Source of the DNA: an uncultured delta proteobacterium
GTDB taxonomy: Bacteria > Desulfobacterota > Binatia > UBA9968
Length of the DNA: 18,188 bases
Reading direction: 5' to 3'
Assembly: GCA_963755715.1 (NCBI GenBank)
Contig: CAVWLW010000040.1
Span: 1-18,188, forward strand
Shown piece by piece: positions 7,562 to 15,938 of this stretch; positions within the stretch are counted from its first letter, which is position 1, and each line of letters starts with the position of its first letter. The notes beneath the pieces are model-generated. The model ran no database searches. It was not told the origin of the DNA and saw only the letters and a list, made by a program, of their open reading frames with translations. A program made the translations under genes and the position numbers.

Positions 7562-9031
7562 TCATTTGAGCGCAACGAAAACAACCGCAACGTTGTCTTC
7601 ATAAACGATCCGGTAGTTGGGATTCACGCGCAGAAGACTCGTGAGCCGGCGGTCTTTTTGCGCAATCACCACTTTGGCCCTCATCAGATCAGGATCGGAT
7701 TCCCAGCCTTTGCCGCCCTGCCAGGTATTCAGCGATCGCTCGAACTTTTCGTCGCCATAGAGATTGACCCGTCCATCCATAACCACCGGCAGCGACGGCA
7801 GGCTCCATAGGATGAAACCACCCCAATCGTAGTCATTGAACAACGGGCCCGGCAATTGATGCTGCTTGACATAGTTCACGGCACCCACCGGGTAAATACT
7901 TTGCACGACAGTCTGGAGATTTCTTTCTGAGATCTGGCGCGCCGAACCTACTCCGAAAAGCAGCGCGACCACCGCGGTCGCGCATAGAGCAATTTGGCGC
8001 TTGCTCATGCGCGCATCGCTTGCGGGTCGAAATATTCGCGCCGATTCACTGATGACGCTGATTGCGATGATAACGAGCGCCCAAACGTCGCGGCGCGCGC
8101 GGAAGGCCCAAAACGCGCCCATGATGAGCAGCAGCGTCGGATACGGCGTCCATTTTTGCCGCCAACCGAGCGCAAAGGCCGCGGAAAGCGCGAGGAACAA
8201 AACCAGCCAATCCCCCGGCGAGCGAAAAAACATCGGATGCAGCTCGGTGATGTTCTGGAATATTCCCGTTTGGCCGCCCATGTAGTCAAGGATCTGCCGA
8301 TACAGCAGCAGATGATAGGGAGTCAGCAATGTCGCGGCGACGCAGGCGACAGCGATAATCCCGACGCGGCATGGCGCCGGTGGTACGTCGATGCGCCAGC
8401 CAAATCTGCCAAGCAAAGCGGCCAAAGGCGCTTCGAGCGCCAGCAAAAAAATTACTGCCAGGCCGTAAACGAACTGAATATGAAAATTTGCCCAGATCGC
8501 GAAGAGCGGCGGCAGAATCCAGAGCTCGCGGCTGCGGCCGCTCCGTCTCACTCTATCAATGATCAGAAGTTCAATGGCGAAAAAAAATATAGTGATCAGC
8601 CAGGGCCGCGGTGTCATCAGCGACTTCATAGACGCCAGCGCCGCGCCAGCGAATGCTACTTCGGCGAAAATCGGCAAGCCTGACCGACGAATCAATTGAT
8701 GCACCGCGGCCGAGATCGCCAGCGCCATGGCGACGATAAAATACACGATGGCGGCCAGACCGAATTGAGCATGGAGCCCGTACATCAATAGGGCAAAAAG
8801 CCAGCTGTATTCGATCCAAGGTTTACCGGCATCGTAGGCGGAATAGTAATCGACAAACGGCACCGCGTGGTTTTGCACGATCCACTCGCCGACGCGAAAA
8901 CGCCACCATACATCCGGATCGTCGATGGGCAGCAGCGCCTGCACCGGCAGGATCAAATATAACAAGACCATCAAGATCGCCAGGCGAAGCGACCGTTCGC
9001 TGAATTTGCGATTGAGTGCCGGCGGAGACAT
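7562..9031 (-). CDS. Polytopic membrane protein, probable GT-C-fold glycosyltransferase-like
   Basis: First TM followed by acidic loop DDPDVWWR..GEWI; EYSWLF, RPWL and WANFH motifs; many TM helices; soluble tail with FNDYDWGG and DGRVNLYG. Confidence 0.7.
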   Translation of the reverse strand: MSPPALNRKFSERSLRLAILMVLLYLILPVQALLPIDDPDVWWRFRVGEWIVQNHAVPFVDYYSAYDAGKPWIEYSWLFALLMYGLHAQFGLAAIVYFIVAMALAISAAVHQLIRRSGLPIFAEVAFAGAALASMKSLMTPRPWLITIFFFAIELLIIDRVRRSGRSRELWILPPLFAIWANFHIQFVYGLAVIFLLALEAPLAALLGRFGWRIDVPPAPCRVGIIAVACVAATLLTPYHLLLYRQILDYMGGQTGIFQNITELHPMFFRSPGDWLVLFLALSAAFALGWRQKWTPYPTLLLIMGAFWAFRARRDVWALVIIAISVISESARIFRPASDARMSKRQIALCATAVVALLFGVGSARQISERNLQTVVQSIYPVGAVNYVKQHQLPGPLFNDYDWGGFILWSLPSLPVVMDGRVNLYGDEKFERSLNTWQGGKGWESDPDLMRAKVVIAQKDRRLTSLLRVNPNYRIVYEDNVAVVFVALK

Positions 9032-9181
9032 GCTCGCGAAATGCCCTCAACCGATGGTACTGGAGCTTAGATCGAGTCTTGATCATTTCGGAAGGTCGGG
9101 GTTGCACCGTTGGGGTTGGCGCATGGCTGTTTCTCTGCCCTTTGACCGTACGGCTCATAACTGCGCCGCAATCGCACAGCG

Positions 9182-11421
9182 TCACTGCCAACGAAGCGCT
9201 TGCAAGATATTAGAATAGTTGTCCGTCCACAAGTCGCTTTTGAGCTTACCCACCAGCGGCTTCCATTTCGGATCCTTGTCGAATGCAGCGAGCACTTTAT
9301 TCTGGCGGGCAAGAACTACCCAACTCGACGGCTGCTTGCCCTCGCGCCTTTTCAATCTCATTGATCTCTGAGTCATCACGCAGAAAGGCCGTCAGTTTTG
9401 AGCTCGGTCGCGACTCGATCGATAACGGGCGCTAAATTCATGTAACGATTAGAAATATGAAAAAGCAGCACACCCTCCGGTACGAGCTTGGACAGATAGA
9501 GTTCCACCGCTTCCCGAGTCAACAAATGAATCGGTATGGAATCACCGCTGAAAGCATCGAGAATGAACATGCCGTAGTAATGGCCCGGCGCGCTGGCCAG
9601 CGTAAGCCGCGCATCGCCGATGCGCACGGATATCTTCGGTGAACAATCTTTCAAGTACGTGAACAGGTCCGGGTCGCGCGCGATGCGTTCCACCAAAGGA
9701 TCGATTTCATAAAAAGTAAAAATCTGCCCAGGCTTTCCGTAGCAGGCCAGCGCACCGGCGCCTAATCCTACAATGGCGACCGGTTTGTCAAAACCGTTTT
9801 CCGATAACGCTCTGAATACCTGGCCTGCGGGACCCGTCGAGTAATAATAGGAAATCGGCACAAGTCGCCTTTTCGGATCGAGGCTTTGCGCTCCGTGCAA
9901 CGTTGTCCCATGAAAAATATAGTGATAGTTGCGTTCATTACCCTGCATCGCTCGATAGACCCCGAAAAAGCTCCGTTTCGTAAATAAAACCTGGCCGAAA
10001 GGTCCGTGATATTGACTGGTCGCGAGCATAATGGCCGCAATACCTAAGGCATAACGCACTGGTCGTGGAGCGAAGCTCAAGCCAATCACTCCAGAGATAC
10101 CGAAAATCAGAACGTGCGCGATCTTCGCAGAAAAAAAATCGCCCTTCTCGACCCACAAAACTAACCCCAAAATAATAATAAATAGCGTCGCCGGCCAAAT
10201 AAAATCGAGCCAGTAGGTCGCTGGCTTCCGAAAGTTTTGATCAAGAGGCGGGCGGACTAAAGCTGCGCCGATCATGGCCAATGGGTATTCTGCAACCGTG
10301 TTAAAAATCAACGGAGCGAGAAACCCATTAAAAAAACCGCCCAATACGCCGCCAAAAGAAATCCAAAGATAATATTCCGTCAAGTGCTGTGTCTGCGGTC
10401 GATCTTTCGCCAACTCAGCGTGACATACCAGGGCGGTAGCAAAGAAACTCAGCAGATGAAGCGGCAACAAGATAATGGCAGGCTCCGTCGCATTCGCAAA
10501 GAACGTTATCGCCGCCCCCAGGAGCAGAAAACTTTGCCTCCTTACAACGAAGGGATGCGACCCCCAAGAATCGCGCTGAAACCCGACTATGAACGAAACT
10601 AGGTAAAGCGAGAGCGGCAATACCCACAGAAGGGGAACCGAAGCCAGATCGGTGGTGATGTAAGTAGTAACCCCGAGTAGCAAGCTGGAGGGTGCGAACG
10701 AGAGCGCCACCCACCGAAAGCGACGAAGCAGGGACAACTTCTCCGTAGTCGAATCGATATTCGAAGCAAATGCTTCTCGCGCCGGCGTTTGATCCTTGGC
10801 GCGCGAGGCCAGTCCGCGCAGTGCCAAACCGCAGAACAGCGCTAGCACGAAGAACCCGAGGTAAACATACAGCCAAAACCAAGCTTGTTGACTTAAATTC
10901 AAGTGCGGCTCGAGCAGAAACGGATAAGCGAGGAGTCCCACCAGGCTCCCGGCATTGCTGGCCACGTAGAGAAAATAAGGATCTTGAGCGTCAGCATGGC
11001 CCGTCATCGAGAACCATTTTTGGAGTAATGGAGCGCTGGCAGAAAGGACAAAAAAAGGAAATCCTACGGAAACGAATAACACTCCCAACACCAGATAAAT
11101 CGGATTCGATTCAGGACGCGCAAGCCAACCAACAGGAAGCGTTATCGGTAGAAAAAAAAGCGCAACCGCGACGATGGCAAGATGGACAACCCTATGTTTT
11201 CTCACCCCGAGCCATGAGCTCGCGAAGTGCGCGTAGAGGTACCCCAACAGGAGAAAAGATTGAAAAAAGAACAGGCAAGTAATCCACACCGCCGACGATC
11301 CACCGAGAAAAGGCAGGATCATTTTGGCTACCATCGGTTGGACCAGGAACAGCAGCGCCGCGCTCAAGAATAGCGCCGCAGCATAAAGGTAAAGGAGACT
11401 ATCTTTGAGAAAATTAGTCAT
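9182..11421 (-). CDS. Membrane-fused spermidine-synthase-like (SAM/dcSAM-binding) protein with two 1-nt insertions near the 3' end
   Basis: About 13 TM N-terminal domain (LLFLVQPMVAK, FFQ..LL.GYLYAH), then HGTTLHG, VGLGAG, YEIDP, GDAR and LDAFSGD. The conserved tail (SSWVVLAR...WTDNYSNIL) lies in ORF 9182..9379 and is joined by removing one base at 9396-9399 and one at 9347-9348. Confidence 0.85.
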
Positions 11422-11530
11422 GGAGCGCGTTCGGAAAAAAATTTCGTATGGGTGGCAAGAATTGTCGCCAGGATTCGGTGAGGCACGCAGATTCTAATCG
11501 GCCGGCTTTGGCCCCCGCATCCACTTTCGG

Positions 11531-12319
11531 TCAAGGTGACGATGATAGTTTATTCTCACGCATCGCCCTGTCGACATCATGGCGCAGCAGGTTCCAAATA
11601 TTTTCCGTACACGTCGCGAAGTCCGGGTCCCTCATGCTCTTCATAGTACGCGGGCGCGGAATATCAACCGTAATAATTTCCTTGATAAGCCCCGGGCGTG
11701 AGCTCATCACCGCGATGCGGTCGCAAAGCATCACGGCTTCTTCGATATTATGAGTGACGAGAATCACCGTCTTCTTGTCGCGCTCCCAGATGCGCAAAAG
11801 CTCCTCGCGCATCACCAGGCGGGTTTGCGCGTCGAGATTCGCAAATGGCTCATCCATGAGCACGACTTCTGGATCGTTCGCCAGCGCACGCGCGATGGCG
11901 ACCTTTTGTTTCATACCGCCGGAGAGCTCGTGCGGCCGCGCGCCGGCAAAATCAACGAGACGCACGATTTCGAGAAAAAATTGGCCGATGCGCTTGAGAA
12001 CCGACGGTTGCTCCTTGCGGAACTCGGCGCCCAGCGGCACGTTTTCTTCGACGGTGCGCCAGGGCATGAGCGCGGCGTCTTGGAATACCATCGACACCGG
12101 CGACTTGGCATGTTGCTCGCCGATAAACTCCACCGTGCCCGTACTAGGCGCTTCCAACCGCCCGATGACGTGCAATAGCGTCGTCTTGCCGCATCCCGTC
12201 GGGCCGATAATGCCGAAGAACTCCCGATCGCGCACCTCGAGATTAATCCCGCCGATAGCGCGGATGTCACCCTGGCTAGTCGGGTACACTTTGGTTAAAC
12301 CGCGAACGACGACTTTCAT
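11531..12319 (-). CDS. ABC transporter ATP-binding protein, NitT/TauT family
   Basis: Walker A GPTGCGKT, Q-loop VFQ, LSGGMKQ signature, Walker B VLMDEPF, LVTH switch and C-terminal IPRPR. Confidence 0.95.
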   Translation of the reverse strand: MKVVVRGLTKVYPTSQGDIRAIGGINLEVRDREFFGIIGPTGCGKTTLLHVIGRLEAPSTGTVEFIGEQHAKSPVSMVFQDAALMPWRTVEENVPLGAEFRKEQPSVLKRIGQFFLEIVRLVDFAGARPHELSGGMKQKVAIARALANDPEVVLMDEPFANLDAQTRLVMREELLRIWERDKKTVILVTHNIEEAVMLCDRIAVMSSRPGLIKEIITVDIPRPRTMKSMRDPDFATCTENIWNLLRHDVDRAMRENKLSSSP

Positions 12320-12338
12320 AGACTGTGCCCCGGCTCTC

Positions 12339-12389
12339 GCGTCCTGTGTGTAGCGTCCGACCCTAGACTCAGACGCCAGACGTTAAACA
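12339..12389. repeat. Degenerate, oppositely oriented 7-bp tandem arrays
   Basis: GCGTCCT-GTGTGTA-GCGTCCG followed by AGACTC-AGACGCC-AGACGTT-AAAC (GCGTC versus GACGC units). Confidence 0.35.
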
Positions 12390-12396
12390 GTAGCTT

Positions 12397-13815
12397 CTAG
12401 CCGAGAAAATCCTCCAGCTTTACCCCTGCCAGCCCCATCGGCTTCACCGGCTCAAAGTAGGCACGCAGCTCCGGCGTCGGCGCGGCGCCTTTGGTAGCAT
12501 CGATCAGCATCTTCGAGCCGATGCGCGGATGGAAACCCATATGAGCGCCTGTATCCGGCAGCAGCTCAGCAGTCAGATCGCCAGTGTGGCATAAGGTATC
12601 GGGAATGATGAACACATCCGACTTGGGATTTACCCGAGTCGATAGCGCATACATGATCGATTGCGCGTTGTGCGGATCGATATCTTCGTCGACGGCGATG
12701 CCGATCTTTGGATGGAGATAGGGGCTGGAGAGCAGCGCCATCAGCATGCTGCGCACTTCGCCCGCTTTGCGCGGCGACATCTGCACGACGATGATGTGGC
12801 TGCCGCCTGCGTAGGGCAGCGCGACAACGTCTTTGACGTCGATGAAACCGCCGACATCTTTAATGCGCGCGTAAAGAACCAATTCCATCGGGAAACCGTC
12901 CAGCGGCTGCGACTCGGAAATCGGCCGCCCACCCTGCAGCGCATAGTAGATCGCGTTCTTGCGCATGGTGATGCATTTAACGTTGATGATCGGCTGTTGC
13001 AGTGTGCCATGCGTCATGCCCGCGTGCTCGCAGAACGGTCCTTCGTCCTCCATGTAATTCGGCGGCACTTCACCCTCGATGACGATCTCGGCATCGGCGG
13101 GCACCATCACATCGATGGTTTCGCAGCGCACCATGTTGGCCGGCTCCTGCAAGAGCGCGCCGGCGATATCGACTTCGTCGGTCTCGTAACTGGTCGTCCA
13201 GGTCGATGCGATGTAATAGGCCGGATGATGGCCGATCACGGTCGCCACCGGCATCGGCTTTCCTGCCTTCCAATACTTCTGCATGCAGATATCGGTGTGG
13301 CGCTTGGGATGGACAAATATCCCCATCTTCTTCGGACCCTTGATATGGTCGCGCTGCAACGCGATGTTCTGGGTGCCGGTTTCGGGATCTTTGACGAATT
13401 GCATCGCCGAGCCGATGAAAGGCACGCCGCGGTCGCTGTCCGAGTGCACGTGAATGGGTAACCGACCCAGGTCGGCGTCGTCGTCTTTCCAAACTACTTC
13501 TTTGACCGGTCCGTCTTCGACAATTTTTGGTTTGATCAAACCGCGTGAGATCCGCCCGCCAAGCTCTACCAGTGCTTTGTCTTTCGTCGTGCCCAATCCC
13601 AACGCCATCTTCTCGCGGCTGCCGCACATGTAGCTGACCGCGGTCCAATTCGGATAGCCTTTGAGATTGTGAAACATCGTGCCCTTGCCTTGTTCGTTCT
13701 CGCCGCGATAGGCGATACCCGCCAAATTGGTCAGCGGATCGACTTCTTTTTTGATGTCGAGAAGCAATTTATGTTCTCTGATTAAATCAATGTAGCTGCG
13801 CAGATCCTGTGACAT
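12397..13815 (-). CDS. UbiD-family (prFMN-dependent) decarboxylase, substrate unknown
   Basis: DLRSYI...EVDP start; NIALQR (catalytic Arg); VPADAEIVIEG; EGPFCE (Glu pair); VDEDIDP..A.STR; SKMLIDAT. RBS GGGAGG. Confidence 0.95.
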   Translation of the reverse strand: MSQDLRSYIDLIREHKLLLDIKKEVDPLTNLAGIAYRGENEQGKGTMFHNLKGYPNWTAVSYMCGSREKMALGLGTTKDKALVELGGRISRGLIKPKIVEDGPVKEVVWKDDDADLGRLPIHVHSDSDRGVPFIGSAMQFVKDPETGTQNIALQRDHIKGPKKMGIFVHPKRHTDICMQKYWKAGKPMPVATVIGHHPAYYIASTWTTSYETDEVDIAGALLQEPANMVRCETIDVMVPADAEIVIEGEVPPNYMEDEGPFCEHAGMTHGTLQQPIINVKCITMRKNAIYYALQGGRPISESQPLDGFPMELVLYARIKDVGGFIDVKDVVALPYAGGSHIIVVQMSPRKAGEVRSMLMALLSSPYLHPKIGIAVDEDIDPHNAQSIMYALSTRVNPKSDVFIIPDTLCHTGDLTAELLPDTGAHMGFHPRIGSKMLIDATKGAAPTPELRAYFEPVKPMGLAGVKLEDFLG

Positions 13816-13857
13816 GAACCGATTTCCTCCCGAAATGCAGAACTATTAATTCTTGTA

Positions 13858-13903
13858 TTGTAATCACCGGCATGAATGCAACCGGCGAGCGCCGTGATTG
13901 CAA
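13858..13903. promoter_or_regulatory. Imperfect inverted repeat upstream of the UbiD gene
   Basis: TTGTAATCACCGGC (13858-13871) versus GCCGTGATTGCAA (13891-13903): complementary apart from one mismatch and one bulge. Confidence 0.4.
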
Positions 13904-13970
13904 TCGTTCGTGACTAAAACAACCAAGCTGCGGAGTGTCGGAGGACCCTTGCGACATCTAATCTAGAGTT

Positions 13971-14064
13971 GTCACCCCCGAATGTTTCTATCGGGGGTCT
14001 ACCAGTTCCGGACTCGCCTGTGGTGAGCCAAGTCGAACCACCGCTGAAAACATGCGGGAATGAC
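13971..14064. repeat. REP/RPE-like palindromic repeat (GTCA...GGGAATGAC type) with a second repeat half nested inside
   Basis: Termini GTCACCCCCG / CGGGAATGAC (8/10 inverted); 8-bp stem ACCCCCGA/TCGGGGGT; CCGC-N9-GCGG; internal TGGTGAGCCAAGTCGAACCA at 14021-14040. Confidence 0.65.
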
Positions 14065-14125
14065 GGGTTGCGAGAGGCTTAAGAATCGTCGTGATGTCAC
14101 AGCCTTCGAGGCATTAAATCCGATT

Positions 14126-14153
14126 AACTCGAAACTCGAAACCGGGAACTAGA
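14126..14153. repeat. 7-bp tandem array
   Basis: AACTCGA-AACTCGA-AACCGGG-AACTAGA just downstream of the SBP gene. Confidence 0.55.
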
Positions 14154-14169
14154 GACGGCGAAACCGCGC

Positions 14170-15219
14170 CTACCGCCCGCCGAAGATGTCGTGAAACATC
14201 TTGGCGTAACGCTCGAAATCGTCCAGGACTTCGTTCGGCGCGAAAGCGGGCTGGATGTTTTCATTCAGGCGCGCTAGTCCCGGCGGCGTGTCGATGCGAT
14301 CGGGGATGCGATTCATGCCGCGGATGACCTCTTGACCGCGTTTGGAAAGCACGAAGTCGATAAACAAGCGCGCCGCGTTTGGATGCGGCGCTTTGGCGGC
14401 GATGCCGGTCGGGTGAATATTGGCGAAGACCGGATTCAAATACACCCAATCAACCGGCGCACCGGCGGGCTTCAAAACCTCGAACGTTTGCGAGTAGCCG
14501 CTCAGCGCGCCTTTGAACTCGCCGGCGGCGACGAGCTGAGCCAGCAAATTTCGCCCGGTGCGCAACTCCGTCTGCTTGGCCAGCTCGCGCATGTATGCCA
14601 TCCCTTTTTCCTCGCCCATCGCTTTGAGCGTCGTGCCAAACCACTCATAGGGTCGGCTTTCCACAGCGATCTGCCCTTTCCACTCGGGCTTCAATAGATC
14701 GTTGAAAGTTTTTGGCACGCTCGTCTTGCCTACGGCGCGTGTGTTGTAACCAAACGCGCCATAGTTCGTATAGATCGACGTCCAGTTTGCCTGTGGATCT
14801 TTATAGCCCTCGCGGAAAAATTTGCGCTCCGGTGAATCGTATGGCGCGAACAGTCCGCGCTTTTTCAAGTTGTGGCCGTAGAAACTCGTCGTCACCATCA
14901 CGTCGCAAAGATTTTGCCCGGCGCGGTTCTCGTTGACGTATCGCTCCATCAGCGCCGAATCATTGCTGCGATAGTAGGCGGCATCGATTTTCGGATAGAC
15001 CTGTTTAAATCCGTCCAGCAAAGTCTTCGAGTCGGCAGCCGTGAAAGTCGCGTACATCATCAGCTTGCCTTCGGCTTCCGCCTTCGCTCTCACATCCTGC
15101 GCATGGGCTGGCAACTGAGCGAGCCAAAATCCAACGCCGAGCGTCGAAAGCAGGGTTGCGACAACTCGAAATCTTCGCATCACTCCATTACTCCAACACT
15201 CCATCAGCCCGGTTCTCAC
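14170..15219 (-). CDS. ABC transporter extracellular solute-binding protein (Fe3+/thiamine/polyamine-like PBP2 class)
   Basis: Signal peptide (...LAQLPAHA); AEAEGKL..Y, YNT...VP.TFNDLL.P.WKG, LVAAGE, APHPNAARLFIDFVLS..GQ. GTG 15219 overlaps the upstream TGA (GTGA); ATG 15180 is an alternative start. Confidence 0.9.
   Translation of the reverse strand: MRTGLMECWSNGVMRRFRVVATLLSTLGVGFWLAQLPAHAQDVRAKAEAEGKLMMYATFTAADSKTLLDGFKQVYPKIDAAYYRSNDSALMERYVNENRAGQNLCDVMVTTSFYGHNLKKRGLFAPYDSPERKFFREGYKDPQANWTSIYTNYGAFGYNTRAVGKTSVPKTFNDLLKPEWKGQIAVESRPYEWFGTTLKAMGEEKGMAYMRELAKQTELRTGRNLLAQLVAAGEFKGALSGYSQTFEVLKPAGAPVDWVYLNPVFANIHPTGIAAKAPHPNAARLFIDFVLSKRGQEVIRGMNRIPDRIDTPPGLARLNENIQPAFAPNEVLDDFERYAKMFHDIFGGR
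15178..15206. repeat. 8-bp tandem array within or just before the SBP start
   Basis: CATCACTC-CATTACTC-CAACACTC-CATCA; on the minus strand it encodes MECWSNGVM and contains three GGAG motifs. Confidence 0.65.
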
Positions 15220-15938
15220 GGCATCTCCGCCAACAATCGCCCGTAACCGGTGAGCGGTTCATTGAGATGGAGAATTTTCTTGGTCGCCCATACTTGCGCG
15301 GGGATGCTCGACAGCACCGTGGTTTTCAAGTCTTTCTCTAGCATCTCGATCACCGGCAAGTTATGCCAGCCAGCGCCGAGCATGTAGATGCCATCCGCCG
15401 GTCCGTGTTCGAGAAATACTTTTTTGGCAAAATTGTAGATTGCCTCAGGCGCAAGCTTGCCGGCGTCTTTGAACGGCACATCGATACCTTTCATCGCTTT
15501 GACGTCGAAGCCGTCGTCCTGAAGAAATTTCGCGAAGCGCGCGTTCATATCGTCTTGAAAATAAGTGATGCCGACCAGTTTTTTCATTCCCAGCGCGCGA
15601 AATGCATCGACCTGAGCGATCGTCGCCACAGTCACGGGAATTTTGTATTTCTTCGTCAGCGAATCGGCTATCGCCCGATCCGCGCCATGGCCGCGCACCA
15701 TCGTCGGCGGCGCGCCCATGATCATCACCACGTCTGCGCCCAACTCCGCCAAGCGCGCCACTTTCTTTTCAGCGACAGTCAGCGCCTCTTGTAGCTCCTG
15801 CTCATTGCCTGCGCGAATGCCGGCATGAGCCGGAATAAAACCAACCCCTTCCGGCATGAGCTTGATAAAACTCTCCATCGATCCCGGCCGATAGGTAGGT
15901 TTGACTAGCCCGACAATTCCTCGCGCACCGTAGTACAT
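15216..15938 (-). CDS. Maleate cis-trans isomerase / arylmalonate decarboxylase-like protein (Asp/Glu racemase superfamily), lacking cysteines
   Basis: RG.VGLVKP, GADVV..MG, IPVT.AT.A.VDAFRALG.KK...ITY, ADGIY, IE.LEKDL.TTV.SS..A..W and GYGRLL motifs. Confidence 0.85.
   Translation of the reverse strand: MYYGARGIVGLVKPTYRPGSMESFIKLMPEGVGFIPAHAGIRAGNEQELQEALTVAEKKVARLAELGADVVMIMGAPPTMVRGHGADRAIADSLTKKYKIPVTVATIAQVDAFRALGMKKLVGITYFQDDMNARFAKFLQDDGFDVKAMKGIDVPFKDAGKLAPEAIYNFAKKVFLEHGPADGIYMLGAGWHNLPVIEMLEKDLKTTVLSSIPAQVWATKKILHLNEPLTGYGRLLAEMP

Noticed and set aside
7994-8683. 229-aa plus-strand ORF (likewise 10770..11282)
   Set aside because: Antisense to membrane-protein genes, with biased composition and no motifs.
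9182-9379. Independent 65-aa gene
   Set aside because: Better explained as the frameshifted tail of the upstream spermidine-synthase-like gene.
11453-11470. TGGCAAGAATTGTCGCCA as a sigma54 promoter
   Set aside because: GG-N10-GC spacing is not met and the orientation is opposite to the adjacent gene.
11750-13648. ORFs 11750..12178, 11754..12353, 12661..13461 and 13070..13648
   Set aside because: Antisense or alternate frames of the well-supported ABC ATPase and UbiD genes.
12397-13815. Assigning the symbol ubiD (ubiquinone pathway)
   Set aside because: Family membership is clear, but neither context nor sequence establishes the ubiquinone-specific function.
13920-14170. CRISPR array or IS element
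   Set aside because: No regularly spaced 25-40 bp repeats, cas genes or transposase; only short palindromes and heptamers.
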